This document shows positions 22,597 through 36,189 of a stretch of 64,000 nucleotides of DNA, piece after piece (the first letter of the stretch is position 1; the number at the start of each line of letters is the position of its first letter). Origin of the DNA: Anaeramoeba ignava BMAN (lineage: Eukaryota > Protista > Anaeramoebae). The stretch is from assembly GCA_028826165.1 (NCBI GenBank), contig JAPDFW010000092.1, forward strand, positions 1 to 64,000. The letters run 5' to 3'. The position numbers and the translations under genes were made by a program. The notes beneath the pieces were generated by a model, which saw nothing but the letters and a program-made list of their open reading frames with translations, was not told the DNA's origin and made no database searches.

Positions 22597-25529
22597 TTAA
22601 ATTTCTGAATGAATAAATTTGGAATAAATTGTTTCTCCAGCAGAATAAGTAATAGTTCCAAAAAAGACAAAAAGAGTAGCAAAAAATTTTGCGAAAGTAT
22701 AACATTGAGAAGATTGAATTCCACAATAAAAAAAGCTTGAAAAAATAAAGACCAAAACGGCTCTAATTGCCTGCATAATTCCAATTATAACGGAACCATT
22801 TGTTTCCAAAATGGAGAAGTAACTTATATTATGAAAGAAAGCTCCAAAAATCAATAAGAGATAAGTTACGAAAATTAAATATGGATTTCCTACTTTTTTT
22901 TCAATTGGTTCTGATACTAAATTTCCCCAATTTGGCATCACAACTACAAATATATAAAGTGTTACTAATAATGATGATATTTTCCCCATGTATGAACAAA
23001 GTTCAAATGGTGAAGATACTTGTTCTGATGTTATTAGATATTCACTGAATGTGTAACTTATTGCATATAAAAATGCTGAGATTAATGTCATGAAGATTCC
23101 AAATAGAACTTTAAAATTTAAAATCAAAATTAAAATTAAATATTATTAAAATATTAAAATATTAAATATTAAAATTAAATATTAAAATCAAATATTAAAT
23201 ATTAAAATCAAATATTAAAAAATTAAAATTTAATATTAAATATCAAAATTAAATATTAAAATATTAAATATTAAATATTAAATATTAAATATTAAATATT
23301 AAATATTAAATATTAAATATTAAAAATTAAATATTAAAATTAAAATCAAATATTAAATATTAAAATCAAATATTAAAAATTAAATATTAAAATTAAATAT
23401 TAAAATTAAATATTAAATATTAAATATTAAATATTAAATATTAAATATTAAAATTAAATATTAAATATTAAAATTAAATATTAAAACTGATTTTCTAATA
23501 TCTACCTGTACTATTTGAACCTGTGTTTGAACCACTAAAAACAACACTAAAAAATAATCCAAAAATTATTAAACCAATTCCAATCCATTGAAATTTTGTT
23601 AATTTTTTATGAAGGAATTTTTCAGCTAAAACACCAGCAAAAACAATAACAGAAGAATAAACAACTTGATAAATTCCACTTCCTGAATAAACTAAACCAA
23701 TAATTGTTGTAACATTTCCTGATAAATCAATAATTGTTAAAAGAACAATTCTTGCTACTGTTTTTCTTGATTGTGGTGATGTTTTTGGATTAAGTGAAAG
23801 TGTTTCATCTTTAGGATGATCTTCATCCTCTTTATTAATTTTGAAATTAAATATTAAATATTAAATTGAATTGAATATTAAATTGAATATTAAATTAAAT
23901 ATTAAATTAAATTGAATTGAATATTAAATTAAATATTAAATATTAAATTGAATATTAAATTGAATATTAAATATTAAATTAAATATTAAATTGAATTGAA
24001 TTGAATTGAATTGAATTAAATTGAATTGAATTAAATTGAATTGAATTGAATTGAATATTGACTTGAATTAAATTAAATTAAATTGAATTGAATTGAATTG
24101 AATATTGACTTGAATTAAATTAAATTGAATTGAATTGAATTGAATATTAAATTGAATTGAATTGAATTGAATTGAATTAAATTAAATTAAATTGAATTGA
24201 ATTAAATTAAATATTAAATATTAAATTGAATTAAATTGAATCAAAATTAAAATTGGAAAATTGAATTGAATTAAATATTGAATTGAATATTAAATTAAAT
24301 TAAATATTTAATTGGAATTAAATTAAATTGAATTAAAATTGAATTAAATATTAAAAATTAAAATGAAAATATTAAATTGAATCGAAATTAAATTAAATAT
24401 TAAAATATTAAATTGAATTATTAAATTAAAAAATTAAATTATTGAATGAATTGAATTGAATTAAATTAAATTTAAATTAAATTAAATAAATATTAAAAAT
24501 ATAAAAATAAATTAAATTGAATATTAAAATTGAAATTGAATTGAATTGAATTGAATTGAATTAAATAAATTAAATTAAATTGAATTGAATTGAATTGAAT
24601 TGAATTAAAATTAAATTGAATTGAATTGAATTAATTAAATTTAAATTAAATTAAATTAAATTTAAAATTAAACAAAAATTAAATTGAATTAAATTAAAAT
24701 TGAATATTGAATTGAATTGAATTAAAATTAAAAATTGAAAAAATTTATTAAAAGGAAATTAAATTAAAATTAAATTGGTGAATTAAATATTAAAATTAAA
24801 TATTTATTAAATTTTATTAAATATTAAATAGGAAAGAATATTAAATATTGATTTTTAAAAATATTAAAATTGAATTAAATTAAGAAATTGAATTGAAATT
24901 AGAAAATTGAATTGAATTAAACCAATTGAATTAAAGAAGAATTGAATTGAAATTGCAACACAAAAGTTGAAATTAAATTTGAATGTGAACCACCTTGATA
25001 TGCAATTAATTGTTGGAATTGAATTGAATTGAATTAAAATTAAAGTTGAATAAGATTCAAATATTAAATATTAAAATTGAATTGAATTGAATTGAATTTG
25101 GAATTAAAAAATTAATAAAAAGAATTGAATGGTAAAATAAATTTTCTTTTATATTTTTGTATTAAAATTAAAAATTTTTTAAATGAAAAATGAAAAATTA
25201 AATTGAAAATTAAATAAATATTGAATTAAAATTAAATTGAATTAAAATTGAAAAATTAAAAGAATTGAATATTAAAATTAAATTAAATTAAATTAAAAAG
25301 AAAAATTTATACCAGGAAGGTTTTGTTTAAGTAAAGGAAGAGATTGATTTTTTTTAAAAGCATTAAGAAATTTAGCATAACCAACAAGAGCCATTGCAAT
25401 TGCAACACAAAAAGTTGGAAATAAAGTTGCAGGATGTGAACCACCTTGATATGCAATTAATTGTTGAAATAAAGTTGTAAGAATTCCTGTTGAAAGGAAT
25501 AGAGCACAATTTGTAATAAAAGAATACAT
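22597..25529 (-). CDS. SLC35F-like / DMT superfamily nucleotide-sugar-transporter-type membrane protein; exons 25529-25313, 23829-23506, 23108-22597
   Basis: Multiple TM helices; IIDLSGNVTTIIGLVYSGSGIYQVVYSSVIVFAGVLAEKFLHKKLTKFQWIGIGLIIFGL; GIMQAIRAVLVFIFS. Confidence 0.85.
23845..24740. repeat. Mixed (AATTG)n/(AAATT)n/(AAATATT)n satellite in SLC35 intron 1
   Basis: Directly visible; a related (AAATATT)n array also fills intron 2 (~23115-23485). Confidence 0.85.
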
Positions 25530-25780
25530 TTTCTTTTATATTTTTTTTTTGTATTTAAATTTTTAAATGAAAAAAATGAAAAATGAAAATTAAAATCAAA
25601 ATTAAAATTAAAATTAAAATTAAAATTAAAATTAAAATTAAAATTAAAATTAAAATTAAAATTAAAATTCATTTATAAAATTAAAATTTAAATTAAAATT
25701 AAAATTAAAATTCATTTATAAAATTAAAATTAAAATCAAAATTAATTTTTTCTTTATTTTTATTATTATTTTAAATAAAA

Positions 25781-27103
25781 TTATGAATGAGTTGAATATT
25801 CACATCCATTATAACTACTCCATTTGCAAAGCCTATAAATTCTTCGATCAACAAAAGCATCAGATACATTATATCCACTTGCAAAATTAATTGAATATTT
25901 TGTTGATGTCCAAGGTCTATCTGCTGGATAAGTTTTATCTGAAATCTAAATTAATCCAAATAATAAAAATTGTTTCATTTTCAAAAAAAAAAAAAGTGGA
26001 ACAAAAAATTTTCGAAAAAAATTTCATTAATAAATAACATTTGATAATAACTCCAAAATCAAAACCAAAATAAAATTACAATCTTTGCAGGAATAATTGT
26101 CCACATATAATATTTAGAGTCTTCAAGATTTGAAATTTCACGTGATATTGAAGTAACACTACTTGTGATTTCAAAAGAAGAGTCTTTCTTTTTATCTCGA
26201 TAAACTTGATGAGCAACTGGAGAAAGATCATAGATCCCAACCTCATCACCTGTTGCTTCATAAACTACAACCATTCCAGTCATACTTGAAGTATATTCTG
26301 AAAAAATATTTGTAAAATTAACTTCTGCTGAAGATCCTGTTTTGAGCGTAATTTCAACAGAATAATTATGAGCAGAATAATAAGTTGCAACATATCCTCT
26401 TTTTGAATATTTTTATTGAATCAAAAAAATTTTTTGGATTAAAAATTTAAATTAAAAAAAATCATCTCTTTGATTTATTTTTTGATTTTTTTGGTTTTTT
26501 TTACTTTTCAATTTCGGGAAAAATTGATTGAAAAAAAGAAAAGGGAATTAATCCAAAAATTAATATAAAAACTCCTTTTGTTCTATTTAAATTTGAAAGG
26601 AGATTTTTTTTATAAGAAATAAGGAATAAAAAAAAATTTTTTTTTGAGAATTTTTTTTGAGATTTTTTTTTTGCTTTTTTTAAATGATTATAAAATTTGA
26701 TTTAAAACCTTTTCGCATTTTTTAAAGCATGACCAGGAGAATTTAAAATAGGAATTCCAATTAAAATAACGAATACATCAAAAATACAAGCTTTTATATT
26801 TTTTGTTGTTTTTTTTTTTTGATTTAAATTTAAACGGAAAATTTTTTTAATTTAGAACATTTTAAATGAAAATTTAAAAACATTTTTTTTTTGAGAATTT
26901 TTACAAATAACAATAACAAGTATTCTGTTAACTTTTGGATTTAATTTATTAGGACAAGAATAATCATTACAATAAACTTTTCCAGGAAAAAAAATTGATT
27001 GGAAAAAAACAAAAGCAAAAATAAAACAAGCAAGAATTCCACAAGAAATTGTTAAACCATCTGCATAATTTTTAACCAAAGAATTTATTTTTGTTTTTTT
27101 CAT
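25781..27103 (-). CDS. Hypothetical membrane protein (3 N-terminal TM helices + soluble C-terminal domain), 5 exons
   Basis: In-frame GT-AG splicing joins MKKTKINS...ILVIVI|SCIFDVFVILIGIPILNSPGHALKNAKR|TKGVFILIFGLIPFSFFQSIFPEIEK|GYVATYYSAHNY...IIPAKI|ISDKTYPADRPW...CKWSSYNGCEYSTHS*. No family recognised. Confidence 0.65.
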
Positions 27104-27194
27104 TTAAATAAAAGAAAAAAGAAAAAAAGAAAAAAGAAAAAAAATGATTTTAAATTTTTTTCATTTTTTTTCATTTTTTTCATTTTTTTTTAAA

Positions 27195-30100
27195 ATGAAA
27201 TTTCTTTTAATTTTTCTTTTTTTCTCATTTCTATTTGTTTTTTCAAATACTCATAAATTAAATTTAAATGAATTTATTGAAGGGTAAAAAATAAATTTTT
27301 TTTATAATTTAAATTAAAACAAAAATAAAAAATAAAAATTTTTTTAAATTAAAAAGAGAATGGAAAATAGAATATTTAACTACAAATTATAATGAACAAG
27401 AAAATGGTAATAAAAAGATATTTTTTCTTTTTAAATTTTTTAAATTTTTTTATTAATTTTTTTATTAGAACTTCATAATGATTTTTTTGGAAGTTTGAAA
27501 TTAAAAAAACAGAAGAAAACCAATTTAATATTTGGAGATTTATCTATTGAAGCGTTTAATTCTGATGAGAATGAAAAATTTCAAAATTACTCAATTAAAG
27601 TGTACAATTCAAACAATTGATTTAAAATTTTAATTTATAATTTTATTTATAATTTTATTTATAATTTTATTTATAATTTTATTTATAATTTTATTTATAA
27701 TTTTATTTATAATTTTATTTATAATTTTATTTATAATTTTATTTATAATTTAATTTATAATTTTATTTATAATTTTATTTATAATTTTAATTTATATTTT
27801 TAGTTTTTTTTTTATTTTAATTTATATTTTTATTTTATTTATATTTTAATTTATTTATAATTTTATTTATAATTTTAATTTATAATTTTTATTTATAATT
27901 TAATTTATAATTTTATTTATAATTTAATTTATAATTTTATTTATTTTTATTTATAATTTTTTAATTTTAATTTTAATTTATTTTATAATTTTAATTTATA
28001 ATTTTATTTTATTTTTTAATTTATAATTTTATTTAATTTAAAAATTATAATTTTAATTTTAATTTATAATTTTATTTTAATTTTAATTTATAATTTATTT
28101 ATTTTAATTTATAATTTTATTTTAATTTATAATTTAATTTTATTTATAATTTAATTTATAATTTTATTTATAATTTTATTTATAATTTTATTTATAATTT
28201 TTATTTATAATTTATAATTTAATTTATAATTTTAATTTATAATTTTATTTTATAATTTTATTTATAAATTTAATTTATAATTTAATTTATAATTTTATTT
28301 ATAATTTAATTTATAATTTTAATTTATAATTTTAATTTATAATTTAATTTATAATTTAATTTATAATTTTATTTATAATTTAATTTATAATTTTATTTAT
28401 AATTTAATTTATAATTTTATTTTAGTCTAATTTTTATAATTTTTAATTTATAAATAAATTTAATTTATAATTTTATTTATAATTTAATTTATAATTTTAA
28501 TTTATAATTTTATTTTAATTTATAATTTTTTACTAGTTTTTAATTTATAATTTGATTTATAATTTTTATTTATAATTTTATTTATATTTTTATTTTATAA
28601 TTTTATTAATATTTTAATTTATAATTTTATTTATAATTTAATTTATAATTTTTATTTATAATTTAATTTTATAATTTTATTTATAATTTAATTTATAATT
28701 TTATTTATAATTTTTATTTATAATTTAATTTATAATTTAATTTATAATTTTTATTTATAATTTAATTTATAATTTTAATTTATAATTTTAATTTATAATT
28801 TTATTTTAATTTATAATTTTATTTATAATTTTAATTTATAATTTTATTTATAATTTTATTTTATAATTTTAATTTATAAGAATTTTTATTTATAATTTTA
28901 TTTATAATTTAATTTATAATTTTATTTATAATTTAATTTTAATTTAATTTTATTTATAATTTTAATTTATAATTTTAATTTATAATTTTAATTTATAATT
29001 TTAATTTATAATTTTATTTATAATTTAATTTATAATTTTATTTATAATTTTATTTATAATTTTAATTTATAATTTTTATTTATAATTTAATTTATAATTT
29101 TATTTATAATTTTTAATTTATAATTTTATTTTTATATTTTTTATTTATAATTTTTATTTATAATTTAATTTTAATTTTATTTTTAATTTATATTTTATTT
29201 ATAATTTTAATTTATAATTTTAATTTATAATTTTATTTTTAATTTATTTATAATTTAATTTATAATTTTAATTTATAATTTAATTTATAATTTAATTTAT
29301 AATTTAATTTATAATTTAATTTATAATTTTATTTATAATTTAATTTATAATTTAATTTATAATTTTATTTATAATTTAATTTATAATTTAATTTATAATT
29401 TAATTTATAATTTTATTTATATTTTTATTTATAATTTAATTTATAATTTTATTTATAATTTAATTTATAATTTAATTTATAATTTTATTTATTATTTTAT
29501 TTATAATTTTATTTATAATTTAATTTATAATTTTATTTATTATTTTATTTATAATTTTATTTATAATTTTATTTATAATTTTATTTATAATTTTATTTAT
29601 ATTTTATTTATAATTTTTATTTATATTTTAAAGTGAACAAGAAACTGAAAGCTCAGGAAAAGTTTTCATGTTTCAAGATTTAGAAACTGATTCATTGATT
29701 CATGTTTTAGATTTTGAATTTGATTCATTTAATTTTGGATATATTTCAACAGGAAATTGGAAACCAAATTTTTCTGAATCTAAAAAATTTCAAATAACAG
29801 TTTTAAGTGATACAAAAATGATATTCCAAATTTTTGATTTGAAAGAAAACAAAATGAAACAATTTTTATTTATGAAAAAAGCATCAAAACATATTCTTAT
29901 AAGAATTTTACCAGCATTAATTATTGCTTTTTCTTTCTGTAAAAAAAAAAGAAAATCTAATTTAATTTTATTTAATTTAATTTTATTTAATTTAATTTTT
30001 TAATTTTAGTTCCAAGAATATTTTTATCAAAATATTTCCAAAAGAAAAATACAACTCAAACACAAAATATTATGAATCAATTTCATCAAATAAAAAGAGC

Positions 30101-30224
30101 TAATTTAAATAAACAAAATCAAGAAGAAAAAAAGGAAATAAAAGAAGAAAAAAAGGAAATAAAAGAAGAAAAAAAAGAAATTAAAGAAGAAAAAAAAAGT
30201 TTAGAAGAAAAAAAGAATGATTAA
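27195..30224 (+). CDS. Hypothetical type I membrane protein with signal peptide and C-terminal KKxx ER-retrieval motif, 5 exons
   Basis: Signal-like MKFLLIFLFFSFLFVFS; exons joined in frame across a ~2-kb intron (~27602-29633); TM ILIRILPALIIAFSFFPRIFL; ends ...LEEKKND*. Confidence 0.7.
27630..29630. repeat. ~2-kb degenerate (TTTATAATTT[T]A)n 11-12-bp satellite filling an intron
   Basis: Directly visible, almost free of G/C. Confidence 0.9.
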
Positions 30225-30408
30225 CTTTTTTTTTTTAATAAAAAATAAAAAAGAGGAACAAAATTTTATCCGAATTTTAATTTTAAATAAATTTTAATTT
30301 TAAATAAATTTTAATTTTAATTAAATTTTAAATTAAATTTTAATTAAATTTTAATTAAATTTTATTAATTCTGTTGCTTTTTTTGTTTGATTAAATTAAT
30401 AAAAAAAA

Positions 30409-33400
30409 TTAATCATTCTTTTTTTCTTTCTGTTTTTCATTCCAATTTCTTTCTTTTCCTGAAAGAATATTTTGAATATCCTCAACACTTTTAATATAAT
30501 TCTGGTCCTTTTTAATTTCCTTAGCAAGACGAGAATAAAGAGGGGAAGTAATAATAAGACGGAAAATTTTAGTGAGTTCTATAAACGGCATTCCAGGAAA
30601 AGAAGCAGCAAGATGAGTATAAATGAAGTGAAAATGGATAAATAAACGGCGTTTTTGGATCAAATCGATGACAAGCTCCACATCTTTACGGAGACTTTTA
30701 ACGGAATCCTTAAGATGAGCTCTTGGCGCATTTTCTCTTCCATGAGATTTAATGCGACGGAGTTGAATCTCATGCATGCCGAAGAGCTTATTGACATAAT
30801 GGAGACAATGCGGAAGATATGAAGGAAATTTAAGTTGATGAGCCTCTCTTTTTTTGCCTTTTGAAATTCCAGAAAGAAGAAGAGGTTTTAACTGGCCCTG
30901 CTCGACAAGCTTAGCGCAGAAGCCTTCGTGATAATAGATCATCTGGTAGAACATCTTCCACGAGCAGCGTGAGAAGGATAAATTCTCGTCCAACGCGCAG
31001 AGATCCTTTGTTGTTTTGTGGAAATTCGCGTCCTTCAAGACAAGATCGAAAACGCTGTCTTCTTTGATCAACATCCGCACACAATCGAGTATGTTTGTCT
31101 TGAATTCATACTCGTTTTGTGGCGCGTTGTCGATGATTGTGAGAAGTTGTTTGATGTCCTTATACGAAATACACACTTTGCTGATTTCTTTTGATTCGTC
31201 GATGTTTTTGTTAACAAGTTTTCCTGACATCGACTCAAACGCCACTGAGATCGACCGTTGTGATCTTTTCGGGCCATCTCGTGAAGGCGACATTGCATTT
31301 GGATTCGCCGTTATTTTTGACATTTTTCGCGAACCGGATCGCGTGATGATGTCGCTTCCTTCCACAAGACGCATCTTGTATAGGAAGTGAACCATTGAGA
31401 TGAGAAGTCTCGAAAGCTCGAGCATGCTTGGTGAGTGATAATTCTGCAGCCCGAGATAAAGTTTGAATATAAATTCAGACACAAAAAGTTCATTTGCAAG
31501 AACCGTTTTTTTGATGTCAACAAGATCCGGTTTTTTGGGAAGTGTATCGTAAATGTATCTGCAGAAACCGCTGACGAGTTCGCTGATTTTGGAAGGAACC
31601 TCGATGATCCGATTCTTCGTGATGATCTCGGTTTCCTTGTTTCCTTGTTCTGCTGACATCTTTTTTGTTATCGTTCCCGACCGTGCAAGCTTGGCTTTTG
31701 GATCGGGTGATATTGGGATATTGATTTTCATCGCTTCCACAAGAAGCATTGAGTGACTCCGTCCTGCTCGCGATACCCGCCGATGCACATGTCGGAGTTT
31801 CGGGTGCGAGAACAGATCGTCGTAAAGGTTCTGAGGCGCAACCGCGTAGTTTGTTGCGAAGAAATTGATGTATCTCTCCGTCTTCATAATCTCAAATATC
31901 CGTCCCGCCGCGTTCTGAACATGAACAAATCGCGACGCTCCTAATATTCCTAGTCGGAATACTAGGTTTACTTTTGTGCTTGATAAAATTCGGAAAAGTT
32001 CGCTACTTTTAATTCCTAATAGTTGAGTCAGAATGAATAAAAAGAACACTGATACCCTGCTAGAGCTCGATCCTAATCCTTTGAATACTTCCTTCTCAAT
32101 GATTTGTGGTTGATCTGCGATAAGGTTTATTATGCTCACAAAGATCTTTTGTGTTTCTCTATCAATGAATTTTATTACAGAGTTGATTACAACTAAGTTT
32201 CCGATTAGAAAATGTTGTTTTTCGAAAGTTTCATAAATGGTTTTCAGGTAATAATGAGTCTGAACAAGTTGGACGAATTCTTTGAGTTTTGTTTCCAAGC
32301 CGAACATCTTTTAAATAATTTAAATAATTTAAATAATTTAATATTTAATAATTAATAATTTATAAATATTTTAATATTTAATAATTTATAATTAATTTAA
32401 TATTTTAATAATATAAATATTTTAATATTTAATATTTTATAAATATTTTATAAATATCTTAATATTTAATATTTAATATTTTATAAATATTTTATAAATA
32501 TCTTAATATTTAATATTTAATATTTTATAAATAATTTAATATTTATTCAATTCAAACCATATCAATGCTATGATATATCTCTTCCATAGGTGGGAAAATA
32601 TCACTAGGAATTTCACAAAAATAATTTAATCCATATGCAATTCGATAAAGATTTAAAATATCTCCATTTCTTAAAAGATTTTCAAGTATTTTCTTTGCCA
32701 TAATTTTCTGAATCATCTCAATTAAAAAAATAGAAATTTTTGCATGTATAAAAACAGATTGATATCTATCATACAGATCCAAAACTTCAGTAATATTTGA
32801 AGGTGTAATAATAGTTTCAAAAATCTCAGAAAATGGATGTAAACCTTTTCTTAATTTGATTTTTCCTTCAAAATTTTTCAACATTTCCATAAAATCATCT
32901 AAAAACTAATTTTAATTTTAATTTTATAAATGAATTTTAATTTTAATTTTATAAATGAATTTTAATTTTATAAATGAATTTTAACTTACTTGCTCAATTT
33001 CAAAAAACATAATAATTTTCCCAATAGTAAAATACTTAATATCAGATATAAATCTTTTAACTTTTGAACGCACTTGCTCTCTTATCTATTTTAAATATTA
33101 AAATCAATTTCTCTTTTAAATTCTTATAAAGTGACTTATTTAAATTTAATTACTCTTTGCGGATAATTTATCGAAAATAACCGATAAATTTTATTCGAAA
33201 ATTTAATTGTAGATATCTTTGTTGAAAGCTGTTGCAAATATTTATCATTTCTTTTAATCTTTTTTAAATCAATTGCTTCATCTAATTCAAATGGAATATC
33301 TAAAAATCCTTCTTTTTCATTATCAATATTTGAATTACTATTATTGTTGTTGTTATCTTCATCTTCCGAAATTTTCATTTTTTTTATTCTAATTATTGTT

Positions 33401-33416
33401 TTCTTTTTCTTTTGAT

Positions 33417-33448
<32 letters not shown>

Positions 33449-36095
33449 TATATTTTATTTATATTTTTATTTTTATATTTTGAAATGATTATTACTTCTT
33501 GAAAATCATAATTTTGTTGTTTTGTAATTCTTAATTTTGTAGATTTTTTTAAGATTGTATCAAATGCTGCTTGAACCATTTCCTTTTTAATTTAATTTTT
33601 AATTTAATTTTTAATTTAATTTTTAATTTAATTTTTAATTTAATTTTAATTTAATTTTTAATTTAATTTTTAATTTAATTTTTAATTTAATTTTTAATTT
33701 AATTTTTAATTTAATTTTTAATTTAATTTTTAATTTTTAATTTTTACATTTATTCTTTGCGGACTTTTTGTTTGAACAGAAAGTATTGATTCTTGTAAAT
33801 TTTTTCCAAACACATCTTTTCCATTAAATTTATTTGCTCTAATTTGATAATCAATCTAAATTATAATTTTAAATATGAAAAATTCAATTAAAATTAAAAC
33901 AATTTTCTTTAAATAATTCTAAACTAATTTACAGCTAATTGATTTAAAGACTTAAGATAACCATTTCTCCAAGTAATATAATTTCTATAAAAATCTTGTT
34001 TTTTAATTTCTTCCTTCTTTTTTGAAGTTTCGGTCTTAAAAGTTCAATTTAATAAACAAAATTTTTTTAATTGTTTTTAATTTTGATTTTTAATTTTTAA
34101 TTTTTAATTTTTAATTTTTAATTTTTAATTTTTGATTTTTGATTTTTAATTTTTGATTTTTAATTTTTAATTTTTGATTTTTAATTTTTAATTTTTAATT
34201 TTTAATTTTTAATTTAATTTTTAATTTTTAATTTTTAATTTTTTACAGTAAATGAACGTAAAGAAATTTGAGCTTCTAATTGTTTAGAATGAAGTGGAAT
34301 AATATCCAATTTAGAAACAGTTAATTGAGACCATCTTCTAAACGCTCTATCATATTCTGCAAGTGTTTGATAAAATTCTGGTCGTGGTTCTTGTGGAATA
34401 AGTGATGAATTCCATGGATCTTTTTTCTCAAAAAAATATTCCGCATGAGGAATTCCATGTTGACTTTCATCAATTTCAGAACTAATAAAATAAGAATAAA
34501 ATTAAAGTATAAATATTTCAATTATTTAAAAAGAAAAGAAAGTAAAAAAATTTATATATATAAAAATTTTTGCTTTCTTTTTCTTTTTCTTTTTAAATAA
34601 TACAGATCATATCCTTCCATAATCCATTTATATATTTGATATTCTTTATCTGGATCTAATTGTATTTCCTTTTTCTGTTTTTTGGAATCTGATTTTTCAC
34701 TGTCTCGATTTGAATCAGATTTTTTTTTCTCTTTTGAATCAGTTAAATTTTCATCATCAAATTCAATATGATTTGTTTCTAAACTTTCTTTTTCAGTTGT
34801 TAATGTTTCTGCTGAGATTTTTAATGTTTCTGTTCTTTGTGGTAGATTTTTAGTATTTTCTGTTTTATTTTCTGTTTTATTTTCTGTTTTATTTTCTGTT
34901 TTATCTTCTGTTTTATTTTCTGTTTTATTTTCTGTTTTATTTTCTGTTTTATTTTCTGTTTCAGAAATTTTTGTTTCAACTAAAAAACGACTCTCCTTTT
35001 CTGCTTCAAATTCTATATCACTTCCTGAATTTTGTGATCTATATTTTATATTTTATATTTTTATATTTTTATTATTTTTATTATTTATATTTATTATTTA
35101 TTATTTTTTATATTTTACTTTTCTGTTCTTTCTGTTTCATCATCAGAAACAAAATCAGTATTAATTTCACTATCATCATATTCAGTTTCAGAAATTTGAT
35201 CACTTAAAGTATTTAAATCAGTTTCAGTTCCAAAATCAGTTTCTGTAACTGTTGTTTCACTGAATTTTTTACTCTTTTTTTTTATATTTAAATGAGATGA
35301 AATCAAAAATTAATTTTTTTTAATAAAAAATCATAGATATTTTTTTACAAGCGTTTTTTTATCTTTTGGTCGAAAATATGCTCTTGAAATAACTTTGGGA
35401 AGTTGAATATATCCAATATATTTTTCCATTTCTTGATACCAACTTAAAATTGCTAATTCAAACTATTTTAAAAAAAAACAAATATTAAATATTAAATTTT
35501 TTTTTAAAAATTAAATTTTTAATTAATAAAAAGAAATCGAACTTCTTTAAAAGAATGAAAAGAATCTGGATCAGGAAATTTTGGGGTTTTTTCAAGTGAT
35601 TTTGGAGAGAATTTTTCTAAAAATTCAGGTTGATCTTCCCAATGACAAAGAACTAAAAAATATAAAAAAAAATTAAATAAAAAAATTAAATTAAAAAATT
35701 AAATTAAAAAATTAAATTAAAAAATTAAATTAAAAAATTAAATTAAAAAATAAATAAATCTTACAATCAATTAAATTATTAACTGATATTTCTTTTTCTT
35801 TATCTTTTGCTTTTTGTTCTTGATCTAAACCTGAAAAATCAAAATCTTGTTCATTAGAATGGATTTTTCGTGTAGAAATTGGAAGATAATTAACATCAAA
35901 TAAATTTCCATCAATTCCAACATAAAAAGGATGTTGTATTTTAGCTTTTTTCTCTCTGATTGATGTTGGAATTTCTTTTGTTTTGATTGGTGGTCCTGTA
36001 TATTCTCCCATAATTGCAAAATACTTCTTTACTTCATCAGGTTCGTTTGTGTTTTTTTTTTGTTCGTTATCATTTTCGTTGAAAATGTTTTGCAT
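30409..36095 (-). CDS. Sca1-complex scaffold ScaA-like protein, 13 exons
   Basis: All 12 introns reconstructed GT-AG and in frame. Motifs PFYVGIDGNLFDVNY, FPDPDSFHSFKEFELAILSW and DPWNSSLIPQEPRPEFYQTLAEYDRAFRRWS resemble my recollection of Dictyostelium ScaA; long ARM-like helical last exon (32307-30409). Confidence 0.65.
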
Positions 36096-36189
36096 TTTTT
36101 TTTTAAAAACAAAAATAAAAATAAAAAGAAAAAGAAAAAAATGAAAATGAAAAAAATGAAAACTTTTTTTTTTGATTTTTTTATTTTGG

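Noticed and set aside
31016-31944. Antisense and overlapping ORFs within the ScaA-like last exon (similar ones at 41006-43926)
   Set aside because: Expected by-product of higher GC (fewer stops); no recognisable motifs or promoter signature.
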